From NCBI GenBank assembly GCA_013166835.1, contig JABLTI010000029.1, forward strand, positions 1 through 29,578: DNA of 29,578 nt. Direction: 5' to 3'. This document shows, in pieces, positions 18,001-26,126 of this stretch; positions within the stretch are counted from its first letter, which is position 1, and each line of letters starts with the position of its first letter. Source of the DNA: Promethearchaeati archaeon (lineage in GTDB: Archaea; Asgardarchaeota; Heimdallarchaeia; JABLTI01). A program made the translations under genes and the position numbers. A model generated the notes under the pieces. The model ran no database searches. It saw only the letters and a list, made by a program, of their open reading frames with translations, and was not told the DNA's origin.

Positions 18001-19959
18001 ATTCTTTTCCGAGAGATATTCACTCTCGAGTATATAGGGAGTAGCCTCTCTAATACTAAGATTATAAAAATCCCCTATAGATAATACATCACCATTGAAT
18101 TCTACATTTGCATCTAGTATTTCTTGTTTAAACCTTAAACCACGACATTTCTCACATGGAAGCCAAATTGGAGCAATGTAGGGCATTTTTACTTCCATGG
18201 CTCCTAAACCTTCACACTCTTCACACTGACCATCTTTCCTATTAAATGTAAAATGAGATTTCGTAAAATTAGTTGCCGCAGCAAAAATATCTCGAATAAT
18301 ATCTGAGAGCTTTGTATAGGTAGCTGGATTTGATCTTGGATTCCTACCAATTGGACTCTGATCGACTAATACTGGTTTCTTCTTTCTACCAATAACCTCT
18401 TCACAACCTTGAGGTTCCTTTTTCAATAAACTTGCAACTAAGACATCTTTAACTAGAGTGCTTTTTCCAGAACCAGAAACTCCAGTTACTGCAGAAATTC
18501 TTTGAAGTGGTAATTGAATATCTATCCCCTTCAAATTTCTGAAGATTGCATTTTTTATAGTAAGAAACTTATCGGGTTGTGGTCGTAATTCAGGTATGAC
18601 TACTTTATCCCGGAAACTAAAATAACGACCAGTTGGACTATCTTCAGACCACAGATTCTTAGCTGTTCCATGGAAAACGATCTCTCCTCCTTCTCTCCCT
18701 GCTCCTGGTCCGATATCAATCGCTTGATCTGCTACTGCTGCAGCCATTCGGTCATGTTCAACATACACTACTGGACCTGCTAATTCCCGGAAAGCTGGTA
18801 GAAATTTCATGACATCATTTGGGTGTTGACCAATTGTTGGTTCATCAAGTATGTGAAGCATGTCTTCAAGTCTACTAGTAAGAATTATTGCAAGTCTTAC
18901 TCTTTGAGCTTCTCCTCTCGAGAGAGTAGGAGATGACCTATTTAATGAAATATAACCCAAACCAACTCTGTGGAGTGCATTTATTCTTCTTGTAATTTCA
19001 TCCTTTAATCTATCAGCTGTTTTTGGCAGAAAAACAGTCTCAAATAATTTCTTAATTTCACTCACAGATAGTTTCAGAAGATCAGGTAGCATTAAGCCAT
19101 TCCATCTCACTGCGACAGCTTCAGGATGAAGCCCTGTAGAATGACATAACTCACAACCTTTTCCCTTACACGCTTCACAAGGCATATGGAAATACTTGGG
19201 TTCAAGTTCTGTGAACCAGTAATTACAATTAGTGCAAATTCTTGTTTTCGCTAATTTTGTTTCTTCATCTTTTGCGCGAACAATTATGTAGGAGGATCCT
19301 AATTCAAAAACTTGCTGTATAATCTCTCTTATCTGCTTTGTATTCGCTTTCTTTGTGAGTACAGCCAATTTTATTTCGATATTATGCTCTTTATTTGGAT
19401 CTAAAGACTTACCATCCCAATTTTTCTTGTCAATTATTATCGATTCATTATCGAATTTTTCCTCTAACATACTTAGGAGAGTTTTATGACTTCCTAATGA
19501 TTGCTGATTAACAGGTGCTAGAATCTCAATTGTATCCGTACTCACTTTATTTCTAACAATGTCTATTATTGCATCCTCTGAATGAACAGCTAAACCAGAA
19601 CTGCACTCTGGACAGAAACGAATGCCAAAATTTGCAAATAAAATTCTAAAGAAAGGATGTAAACCTGAAGAAGTTGCTAACGTTGAGAGTGGATTACGAT
19701 TTAAGACATTTTGATCTACAGCAACAGCAGGACTAATTCCTGTAATGGTATTTACATTTGCTTTTGGGAGTCTTAATCGAGTAGAGCGAGGAGTAAAAAT
19801 ATCAAGAAATCTTCTGCGAGCTTCATGATATAAGGTGTCATACACAAGTGAACTTTTTCCAGAACCGGAAATTCCAGTAACAACCGTTAAACCATCTTGT
19901 ATTTCTACATCCACGTTTTTCAGATTGTTTTCTTTCGCACCCTCGATTTTGATTTTCAT
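15019..19959 (-). CDS. uvrA: Tandem-duplicated UvrA-family ABC ATPase (two UvrA units, four NBDs)
   Basis: Four Walker A (G[IV]SGSGKS[ST]), four signatures (LSRGE, LSGGE, LSAGE, LSGGE), four LDEP motifs, GA.E/ANNLKN starts, VDQSPIGRNPRSNPATY and CxxC zinc modules. Likely start is ATG 19959 (MKIKIEGAKE) rather than GTG 20013. Confidence 0.92.
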   Translation of the reverse strand: MKIKIEGAKENNLKNVDVEIQDGLTVVTGISGSGKSSLVYDTLYHEARRRFLDIFTPRSTRLRLPKANVNTITGISPAVAVDQNVLNRNPLSTLATSSGLHPFFRILFANFGIRFCPECSSGLAVHSEDAIIDIVRNKVSTDTIEILAPVNQQSLGSHKTLLSMLEEKFDNESIIIDKKNWDGKSLDPNKEHNIEIKLAVLTKKANTKQIREIIQQVFELGSSYIIVRAKDEETKLAKTRICTNCNYWFTELEPKYFHMPCEACKGKGCELCHSTGLHPEAVAVRWNGLMLPDLLKLSVSEIKKLFETVFLPKTADRLKDEITRRINALHRVGLGYISLNRSSPTLSRGEAQRVRLAIILTSRLEDMLHILDEPTIGQHPNDVMKFLPAFRELAGPVVYVEHDRMAAAVADQAIDIGPGAGREGGEIVFHGTAKNLWSEDSPTGRYFSFRDKVVIPELRPQPDKFLTIKNAIFRNLKGIDIQLPLQRISAVTGVSGSGKSTLVKDVLVASLLKKEPQGCEEVIGRKKKPVLVDQSPIGRNPRSNPATYTKLSDIIRDIFAAATNFTKSHFTFNRKDGQCEECEGLGAMEVKMPYIAPIWLPCEKCRGLRFKQEILDANVEFNGDVLSIGDFYNLSIREATPYILESEYLSEKNRKSAESILKALIDIGLGYLHLGQASPTLSGGEAQRVKLAKYLGRRNLTENLIVLDEPSTGLHPSDISGLLVVFDRLVRAGATIVIVEHNTDIIRAADWIIDLGPGAGPFGGELIFSGTVNDLLKCKKSLTSKALLEEEEYTPRTLTSEKKFQHSDVISVKGARANNLKNISVDIPKGKLAVVTGISGSGKSSLVNDVLELEARRRFLESLSIYERQSMNEGPEAPVDSITGLGVTAILRSFRSAWRIDPRYTVGNVSEIADHLYTFMTHIGERECLECRTMMRRGEEHWICPKCKSTASFVRPTHFSPVSLISSCEKCKGLGFIGTPNIDKLIIHPEKPICDGAMYSPGFWPYGYYCKPLNSAYYLLKEIAMRYNFDPQKTPWNEIPEEAKQIFLYGSDEKWEFEVEGRSKGKIIKYVRDQRVWGVFQAWGGFSWFSYGDLFETYSDKFTCDVCNGQKLKEEYLAFKLKGFNIHQLRQMTIKNLAKVIKKIEPSDFIGVELLQQNLEKLTKRLNYLIKVGLGYINPDRPTYNLSAGEYERLRLASILGSGLTSLTILLDEPTRGLHPSEVNDLLDVLLELRNDGNSVVVVEHDPEIITGADHIIDLGPGSGVAGGEIIAQGSIEEIMKMNTTTSNWLSGKKKTNPYHTNQDEQLKLISEPRRKATKWMTIKGAKEHNLQNIDVKIPLGVLVGVCGVSGSGKSTLIIDTLGNVVAPKKLTTSIHSERMKPGEHESIEGSPKNALLVDQSKRNIYSPLRFFGLLNPLIKIYTETAEADILGITDKHYKRGCSACKGTGRIRMEMGFLPTVYSSCDICKGTGFIPEAWEVKVKEFSLPDLLKLTINQVYRLFKDENETIARHLKAAIDVGLGYLVLQQPRYTLSGGEAQRMKIAKELCKKTKDHTLYILDEPTVGQHLEDVERLIGILQRLVDAGNTVIVVEHHPNVLAACDWLIELGPVGGPEGGLIVASETPEKVSLGKTPSAVYIKKVLEGNL

Positions 19960-20174
19960 CGAAATCTCTCGACTTTTCGCATCTCTGAAGTGTTTACCCT
20001 TTTTCCTTCTCACTATTAATTTATTTTGTAAGCAATGGTTACTTTTATCGTTTTAGTAATCTTGATGATAGGAGATTACCGAAAGTAAAGGAAATTTGTA
20101 GGAAGAATCTGTTTATCACTTAGAATTTTTTTTAATTGAATAACTTTTAAAAGAACCACGTTTGCTATTATTTT

Positions 20175-22220
20175 ATGAACGAAAAAATTATTCCTCCAAT
20201 AGCTAAAAAAGAATCGAAGATTACAGAGATTTTTGATCAAAAATTTGAAGACAATTATTTTTGGCTTAGAAATAAAGAGAATCAAGAAGTTATTGATTAT
20301 TTAACTTCTGAAAATGAATATACCGCGGAAATAACCAAACATCTTAACACTTTCAATGAAAATCTCTTTGAAGAAATGAAGAATAGAATCAAAGAAGATG
20401 ACGAAAGTGTACCATACAAACACAATGATTACTATTATTATACTAAAAACGAGAAGGGTAAGGAGTACAAGATTTATTTCAGGAAGCATTTGAATTTAGA
20501 TGCTGAAGAAGAAAAAATTCTAGATCTTAACGATTTATCTGAAGGTTTAGATTATTTTTGGCTTCAAAGATACAAGATAAGCCCCAATCAAAAGAAGCTA
20601 GCCTATTCATTTGATAATACTGGTTACGAGAAATTCATTATTCAAATTAAGGATCTTGAAACTGGAGAGACAAGTACTCCGGGCATGGAAAATGTTGGTT
20701 GGAATCTTGAGTGGGCTGATAATACAACTATTTATTATACTCTCAGAGACGAAGCTCAAAGAGCTTATGCGGTAAAGAGACATATTCTTGGCACTTCTGC
20801 TGAGGATGATGTATGTATTTTTGAAGAAGATGATATTACTCGACGAGTATCAATCTGGAAAAGTAAAGATAAAAAATACATTTTCGTTAATTCAGAGTCA
20901 ACATTAAGCTCAGAGGTTCGATTTTTAGATCTTTCCAATCCTTTAGGTGAGTTTGTTGTTTTCTATCCTCGAGAAAAAGAGCATGAATACAATATTACCT
21001 ATAAGGATGGTTATTTCTACATTGTAACAAATTCCGATGATTCAACTAATTTTAAGTTGCTACGAACCCCAGTAGATAATATTGGCAAGGAGTTTTGGGA
21101 GGAAATTATTCCTCATAATGAGGATGTTCGTCTCTTATGGACTGAAGCATTTGAGAATTTTCTAGTCATTCATAAAAGATATAAAGGTTTGAAACAAGTA
21201 GAAATCTTTTATGGAAAAGATGATAAGAGAAATCATGATGTAACATTCCCTGAACCTATCTATGGTGTCTGGAGTGGAGATAATTTTGTTTACGATTCAG
21301 ATATTGTTCGATTAGAATATACTTCACTTATTACTCCAAATTCAGTATTTGATTATCATGTTAATGATAAACAGCTTGAATTATTAAAAGAGGAAGAAGT
21401 GAAAAACTACGACAAAGAAGATTATGTAACTACTAGAAAATTTGTTAAGGCACGTGATGGGGCAAATGTTCCAATTTCAATTGTTCATAAAAAAGGACTT
21501 TCTCTACCTGCTCCTACAATGCTCTATGCTTATGGCTCTTATGGTTATCCAATTGACACTAATTTCTCCCCTACAATAGTTAGTTTAATAGAACGTGGCA
21601 TGATTTATATCATTGCACATGTCAGAGGTGGTGGTGAGCTTGGTCGGAAATGGTATAATGATGGCAAGATGCTTAATAAAATGAATACCTTTACTGATTT
21701 CATTGATTGTGCAGAATATCTCATTAAGAATAAGATTACAACTAAAGAGCAATTAGTCGTTCATGGAGGAAGTGCCGGTGGTCTTTTAATGGGTGTAATA
21801 ATGAATATGCGACCTGAATTGTTTCATTTAATTATTGCTCGAGTTCCATTCATTGATGTCATTAATACTATGCTAGATGAAAGTATACCTTTGACTGCTC
21901 TGGAATGGGATGAATGGGGCAATCCAAAAATAAAGGAACAGTTTGAGTATATGTTACAATATTCACCCTATGAGAACATTGTAGCAAAAGATTACCCACA
22001 TATACTAGTAACAACTGGATTAAATGACCCAAGAGTTGCTTACTGGGAACCGGCAAAAATGGTTGCTAAACTACGAGCACTAAAAACCGATGAGAACACT
22101 TTGATCTTAAAAACCAATATGGGCGCAGGGCATGGTGGAGCTTCAGGTAGATATGAGAAAATGAAAGAAACAGCGTTCATTTATGGTTTTGCTCTTGATA
22201 AAGTAGGTTTAGTAAAGTAA
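20175..22220 (+). CDS. ptrB: Oligopeptidase B (protease II, S9A family)
   Basis: DNYFWLR, YAYGSYG, HVRGGGELGRKWY, catalytic GGSAGG, NDPRVAYWEPAK and GHGGASGRY. TTTTAAAA box at 20145-20152. Confidence 0.95.
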   Translation: MNEKIIPPIAKKESKITEIFDQKFEDNYFWLRNKENQEVIDYLTSENEYTAEITKHLNTFNENLFEEMKNRIKEDDESVPYKHNDYYYYTKNEKGKEYKIYFRKHLNLDAEEEKILDLNDLSEGLDYFWLQRYKISPNQKKLAYSFDNTGYEKFIIQIKDLETGETSTPGMENVGWNLEWADNTTIYYTLRDEAQRAYAVKRHILGTSAEDDVCIFEEDDITRRVSIWKSKDKKYIFVNSESTLSSEVRFLDLSNPLGEFVVFYPREKEHEYNITYKDGYFYIVTNSDDSTNFKLLRTPVDNIGKEFWEEIIPHNEDVRLLWTEAFENFLVIHKRYKGLKQVEIFYGKDDKRNHDVTFPEPIYGVWSGDNFVYDSDIVRLEYTSLITPNSVFDYHVNDKQLELLKEEEVKNYDKEDYVTTRKFVKARDGANVPISIVHKKGLSLPAPTMLYAYGSYGYPIDTNFSPTIVSLIERGMIYIIAHVRGGGELGRKWYNDGKMLNKMNTFTDFIDCAEYLIKNKITTKEQLVVHGGSAGGLLMGVIMNMRPELFHLIIARVPFIDVINTMLDESIPLTALEWDEWGNPKIKEQFEYMLQYSPYENIVAKDYPHILVTTGLNDPRVAYWEPAKMVAKLRALKTDENTLILKTNMGAGHGGASGRYEKMKETAFIYGFALDKVGLVK

Positions 22221-22291
22221 CTGAACCTATCAGCTATTTTTTTCTCGCAACCTTTTTCTTAAATAAATTTTAATCCATACTTGGTGGTTAT

Positions 22292-22687
22292 TTGGCTCTA
22301 TATGTTTTGGTTTATGTTTGCAGTCTATTTATGATTGGCAGAAATGTCATTTCTTTAGCTTTTAAGATAAAAGACTTGTTAACTAAAGAAAAGAGAATGG
22401 AATTTAATGAATCGAAATCGCAATATTTTGTTTATACAGCATTAATCCTCACAGCTGTTTTAGGGATTATTTGTGGGATTGGATTACTATTTGAAAATCA
22501 GATATTTGGTTACTATCTTTTCATAATAGTCTCTGGAATGATGATTTATTCTTACATAACTTACGCTGGAAAAACATATGAGAGTAAGAATTGGATTATG
22601 TTTGTAGTCTCAATCATTGTGATCATTCTAATTATGATACTAGTCTCATTGTTGATTTTCTACATGGCTACTGGGATAATTGATTAA
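22292..22687 (+). CDS. Small four-TM hypothetical membrane protein
   Basis: 131 aa, TTG start with GGTGG SD, four hydrophobic segments. Confidence 0.7.
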   Translation: MALYVLVYVCSLFMIGRNVISLAFKIKDLLTKEKRMEFNESKSQYFVYTALILTAVLGIICGIGLLFENQIFGYYLFIIVSGMMIYSYITYAGKTYESKNWIMFVVSIIVIILIMILVSLLIFYMATGIID

Positions 22688-22731
22688 TCTTGACAAAAGT
22701 GTTTATTAGCTTAATACACATCAATTGAATT

Positions 22732-23100
22732 ATGCTTGGAACGACTAAGAAAGAGATTGAGCAAATTCTCAAAGCTTTCTTCAAGAAGAAATTTCGAGGA
22801 GCTACTAAATACAGAATAAGCTCAATTCTTCCAGTTATTACAAAAGCAGATTATGTAATCTATTCATTTAATTTTAAATGTGAACACAAGAGAGAACCAT
22901 ACTCTCTCGATTATTTGATAAAATTCTTTCTAAGTATTGATGGTGAACAACAAGCAAGAAATGAACACGAAATTATACAGAAAGAAGTAAGTGACAAATC
23001 CTTTAAACCAAAAGATTTCTTTCTTGATGTTTCTAAAACTTATTTTGATGAACCATTTCTTATTGTTAACAAAGATGAAGCAGCATTAATGATAATATGA
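22732..23100 (+). CDS. Hypothetical protein resembling the N-lobe of APH/choline-kinase-family phosphotransferases
   Basis: IYSFNF...YLIKFF...QQARNEHEII...KPKDFFLD......PFLIVNK matches the N-lobe layout; no C-lobe HGD/D motifs. TTTATTA box about 25-31 bp upstream. Confidence 0.55.
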   Translation: MLGTTKKEIEQILKAFFKKKFRGATKYRISSILPVITKADYVIYSFNFKCEHKREPYSLDYLIKFFLSIDGEQQARNEHEIIQKEVSDKSFKPKDFFLDVSKTYFDEPFLIVNKDEAALMII

Positions 23101-23143
23101 GTAATTACTGTAGAAGTAAACCAAACTAATTTTCTATCGCCCA

Positions 23144-23155
23144 AAAATTTATTAT
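23144..23155 (+). promoter_or_regulatory. Putative archaeal BRE/TATA for a leaderless glnS transcript
   Basis: AAAATTTATTAT lies 25-36 bp upstream of ATG 23180, and no SD precedes the ATG. Confidence 0.4.
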
Positions 23156-23179
23156 CCCTTACTTATCGGTACAATAATT

Positions 23180-25090
23180 ATGAAATCTGTTGAGCTTATT
23201 TGCGAGAAATACGCAATTCAAAATGCATTAGAGCATGGAGAAGCACAAGTTGGTTCTATTATGAAAATTATTATGAAAGATAATCCTGAATTACGAAAAG
23301 AAGCCAACAAAGTGAAAGATATACTCGAGAAAAAAGTAGAGTATGTTAATGCCTTGAAAATAGAAGAAATACAACAAATAGCTCAACAAAAGTATCCTGA
23401 ACTCTTCAAGGAAGAAGAAGTTGCAGACACAGAGGAAGACGTTGATTTCATTAGAAAGATCATCAATGAGGATATGAAAACAGGGAAATTCGGTGGCCGA
23501 GTTCACACTCGATTTCCTCCAGAACCAAATGGCTATTTGCACATAGGTCACTCAATGTCAATTAATCTAAATTATGGCATAGCTAAGGAATACAATGGGA
23601 AATTTAACCTACGATTCGATGACACAAATCCGGTTAAAGAAGAAGAGGAGTATGTCCAAGCAATTGTTGAAGATGCAAAATGGCTTGGAGCCAATTTCAG
23701 AGATGAAGTATTGTTTGCATCTGATTATTTTGATCAATTCTATGAATATGCTGTTCAATTAGTTAAGAAGGGATTAGCATTTGTTGATGATCTAAGTGTA
23801 GAAGAGATTCGAGAACAAAGAGGATCTTTAACAGAACTTGGAAAGGAAAGCCCATACAGAACTAGAACAATAGAAGAGAATCTAGATCTTTTTACACGCA
23901 TGAAAGATGGAGAGTTTCCAGAAGGCTCGAGAGTTCTTCGAGCTAAAATTGATATGGAGCATCCAAATCTCATGATGAGAGATCCAATAATTTATAGAAT
24001 TCTCCATAAATCACATCACAACACAGGCGATAAGTGGTGCATTTATCCAACATACGATTGGGCTCACGGTCTTGAGGATTCTATCGAAGGAATTACTCAT
24101 TCTATTTGTACTTTAGAATTTGAGGTTCATAGGCAATTATATGATTGGTATTTAGACCAACTAGATGATGAAAAAGGTAAACCAATTTATCATCCCCAGC
24201 AAATTGAATTCGCTCGCTTGAATCTATCTTACCTTGTTCTTAGTAAGAGAAGGCAATTACGACTTGTAAAAGAAGGCTATGTTAAAGGCTGGAATGATCC
24301 TCGATTACTTACAATTTCTGGAATGAGACGAGGTGGAATAACCTCTGATGCTATTCGAAAATTCTGCAAACATATCGGTGTTACAAAACGAAAGAGAATT
24401 GTGGATAGGTCTGTATTCGATAAATTTGTCAGAGATGATTTAGACGAGAGATGCCCTCGAGTAATGGGTGTGCTTAGACCACTGAAAGTCATTATTACTA
24501 ATTATCCAGAGAGTAAGGAAGAAGAGATAGTTATTCAGAACCATCCCAGAGATAAGAAGATGGGAACTCGGAAAGTGAAGTTCACTAAAACACTTTACAT
24601 AGAACAAGATGATTTCATAGAAGACCCTCCCAGCGATTATAAGAGACTCGCACCTAATAAAGAAGTTAGATTACGATACGCTAGTGTCATCAAGTGTGAT
24701 AAAGTGATTAAAGATAAGAAAACAGGGCAAGTTAAAGAAATCCATTGCAGTAACCAACCAGAAAGTGAAGCAACGAAATCAATCGGAACCATTCATTGGC
24801 TTTCAGCTGATCATGTTGTACAAGCAGAAATACGATTATATGACAGACTTTGTATTAAGGAAAATCCAATGGATGTTGAAGAAGGAAAAGATTTCACAGA
24901 TTACATCAATCCTAATTCTCTCGAGGTTGTAACAGGTTTTGTTGAACCATTTATCCAGAAAGCAGAAATAGGTTCACGATACCAATTTGAGCGATTAGGT
25001 TACTTCAATATTGATCCCATTGATTCTAAGATAGATAGTTTAGTGCTAAATAGGATCATAACCCTTCGGGATTCATGGTCGAAGAAATAA
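23180..25090 (+). CDS. glnS: Glutaminyl-tRNA synthetase with an extra ~78-aa N-terminal helical domain
   Basis: FIRKIINED, HTRFPPEPNGYLHIGH, LRFDDTNPVKE, HHNTGDKWCIYPTYD, ITHSICTLEF (Gln-type, whereas GluRS has THVLRG), EFARLNL..LSKR, GWNDPRL, anticodon beta-barrels EVRLRY, IHW, RLYDRL and YQFERLGYF. Confidence 0.93.
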   Translation: MKSVELICEKYAIQNALEHGEAQVGSIMKIIMKDNPELRKEANKVKDILEKKVEYVNALKIEEIQQIAQQKYPELFKEEEVADTEEDVDFIRKIINEDMKTGKFGGRVHTRFPPEPNGYLHIGHSMSINLNYGIAKEYNGKFNLRFDDTNPVKEEEEYVQAIVEDAKWLGANFRDEVLFASDYFDQFYEYAVQLVKKGLAFVDDLSVEEIREQRGSLTELGKESPYRTRTIEENLDLFTRMKDGEFPEGSRVLRAKIDMEHPNLMMRDPIIYRILHKSHHNTGDKWCIYPTYDWAHGLEDSIEGITHSICTLEFEVHRQLYDWYLDQLDDEKGKPIYHPQQIEFARLNLSYLVLSKRRQLRLVKEGYVKGWNDPRLLTISGMRRGGITSDAIRKFCKHIGVTKRKRIVDRSVFDKFVRDDLDERCPRVMGVLRPLKVIITNYPESKEEEIVIQNHPRDKKMGTRKVKFTKTLYIEQDDFIEDPPSDYKRLAPNKEVRLRYASVIKCDKVIKDKKTGQVKEIHCSNQPESEATKSIGTIHWLSADHVVQAEIRLYDRLCIKENPMDVEEGKDFTDYINPNSLEVVTGFVEPFIQKAEIGSRYQFERLGYFNIDPIDSKIDSLVLNRIITLRDSWSKK

Positions 25091-26118
25091 GTACTCCAGT
25101 AGATATTTTCAGTGAAGTGGTTAATTTGGTTAAGAAAAATACTAAGCAATCTAAAGTTGAGGATTTATTCAATCAATCACTAAAACATTATGAACTTGAG
25201 GAATTTGATGAAGCCGAAGAATGCTTAGAGCAGGCACTTGAATTAGAGCCAACAAATATGAATACACTGCTAGGCATTGCAAACTTCCATTATGATTTAT
25301 ACGAATATGATAAATCACTTGAATATTTACTAAAAGCAAACAAGCTTGAACCAACTAACGAGGTTGTAATTAGAAGCATAGCTAACATCTATGTTTTACT
25401 CAAAGATTTGGAAAAGGGCATAGAGTATTGCAAGAAAGCACTATCACTAAATCCAGAAGATTTCAGAGCGTTTCTGATAATGGGGAGTGCTTTTTTCCAA
25501 CAACACAATATTGAGAAAGCTGAGAGCCTATTTAGAAAAGCAGCTGAGATTGAACCTGAATCTTCAGATGTATGGTTTAATCTTGGAGTATTGCACAGAA
25601 CTCTACAAGAATTTGACAAAGCATTAGAGAGTTTTCAAAAAGCACTTTCTTTGGAACCAGAAGATTTAATGTTGTACTTTACAATTGCCGAAACATACGA
25701 AGACCTAGAAAACATAGATGAAGCGATTAAATTTTATTATAAGGTGTTAGAAAACGATCCTAAAGCTTACGCTGTATGGATTCGGCTTTTCGAATTACAC
25801 GTTGATAGAGAAGAACACAAGAAAGCTGAAAAATGCATGTTGGAATTAATGAAACTGGATCCCAACAATCCTGTTATACTAAATAATCTCGGTTACCTCT
25901 ATCTTGAGATGGGAGAGCTGGAGAAAGCATTTACATTTCTAACTAAATCTATGGAAGCTAATTCTAGTTATCCTAATATTTGGCACAGTTTCGGAGAGTA
26001 TTATGAAAAAATAGGCGATAAAGAAAAAGCTCTCGACCACTATACAAAAGCAGTTGAATTAGATCCAGAGAACAAAGAACACCAAGAAGCATTCAAAAAG
26101 ATAAAGAAGAAGAAGTAA
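25075..26118 (+). CDS. Tetratricopeptide repeat protein
   Basis: 347 aa with about 8-9 34-aa repeats (e.g. VWFNLGVLH...FDKALESFQKALSLEP; ILNNLGYLY...EKA). Overlaps the glnS 3' end by 16 nt. Confidence 0.93.
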   Translation: MVEEISTPVDIFSEVVNLVKKNTKQSKVEDLFNQSLKHYELEEFDEAEECLEQALELEPTNMNTLLGIANFHYDLYEYDKSLEYLLKANKLEPTNEVVIRSIANIYVLLKDLEKGIEYCKKALSLNPEDFRAFLIMGSAFFQQHNIEKAESLFRKAAEIEPESSDVWFNLGVLHRTLQEFDKALESFQKALSLEPEDLMLYFTIAETYEDLENIDEAIKFYYKVLENDPKAYAVWIRLFELHVDREEHKKAEKCMLELMKLDPNNPVILNNLGYLYLEMGELEKAFTFLTKSMEANSSYPNIWHSFGEYYEKIGDKEKALDHYTKAVELDPENKEHQEAFKKIKKKK

Positions 26119-26126
26119 AAATAATT

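Noticed and set aside
19960-20013. N-terminal extension MRRKKGKHF.. of UvrA from GTG 20013
   Set aside because: UvrA homology starts at MKIKIEGAKENNLK (ATG 19959); the extension is probably untranslated leader.
23180-25090. Ordinary archaeal glutamyl-tRNA synthetase (gltX)
   Set aside because: Only the first ~78 aa look like archaeal GluRS. The core has GlnRS-specific motifs (FIR.II.ED, THSICTLEF, HH.TGDKWCIYP, RLYDRL).
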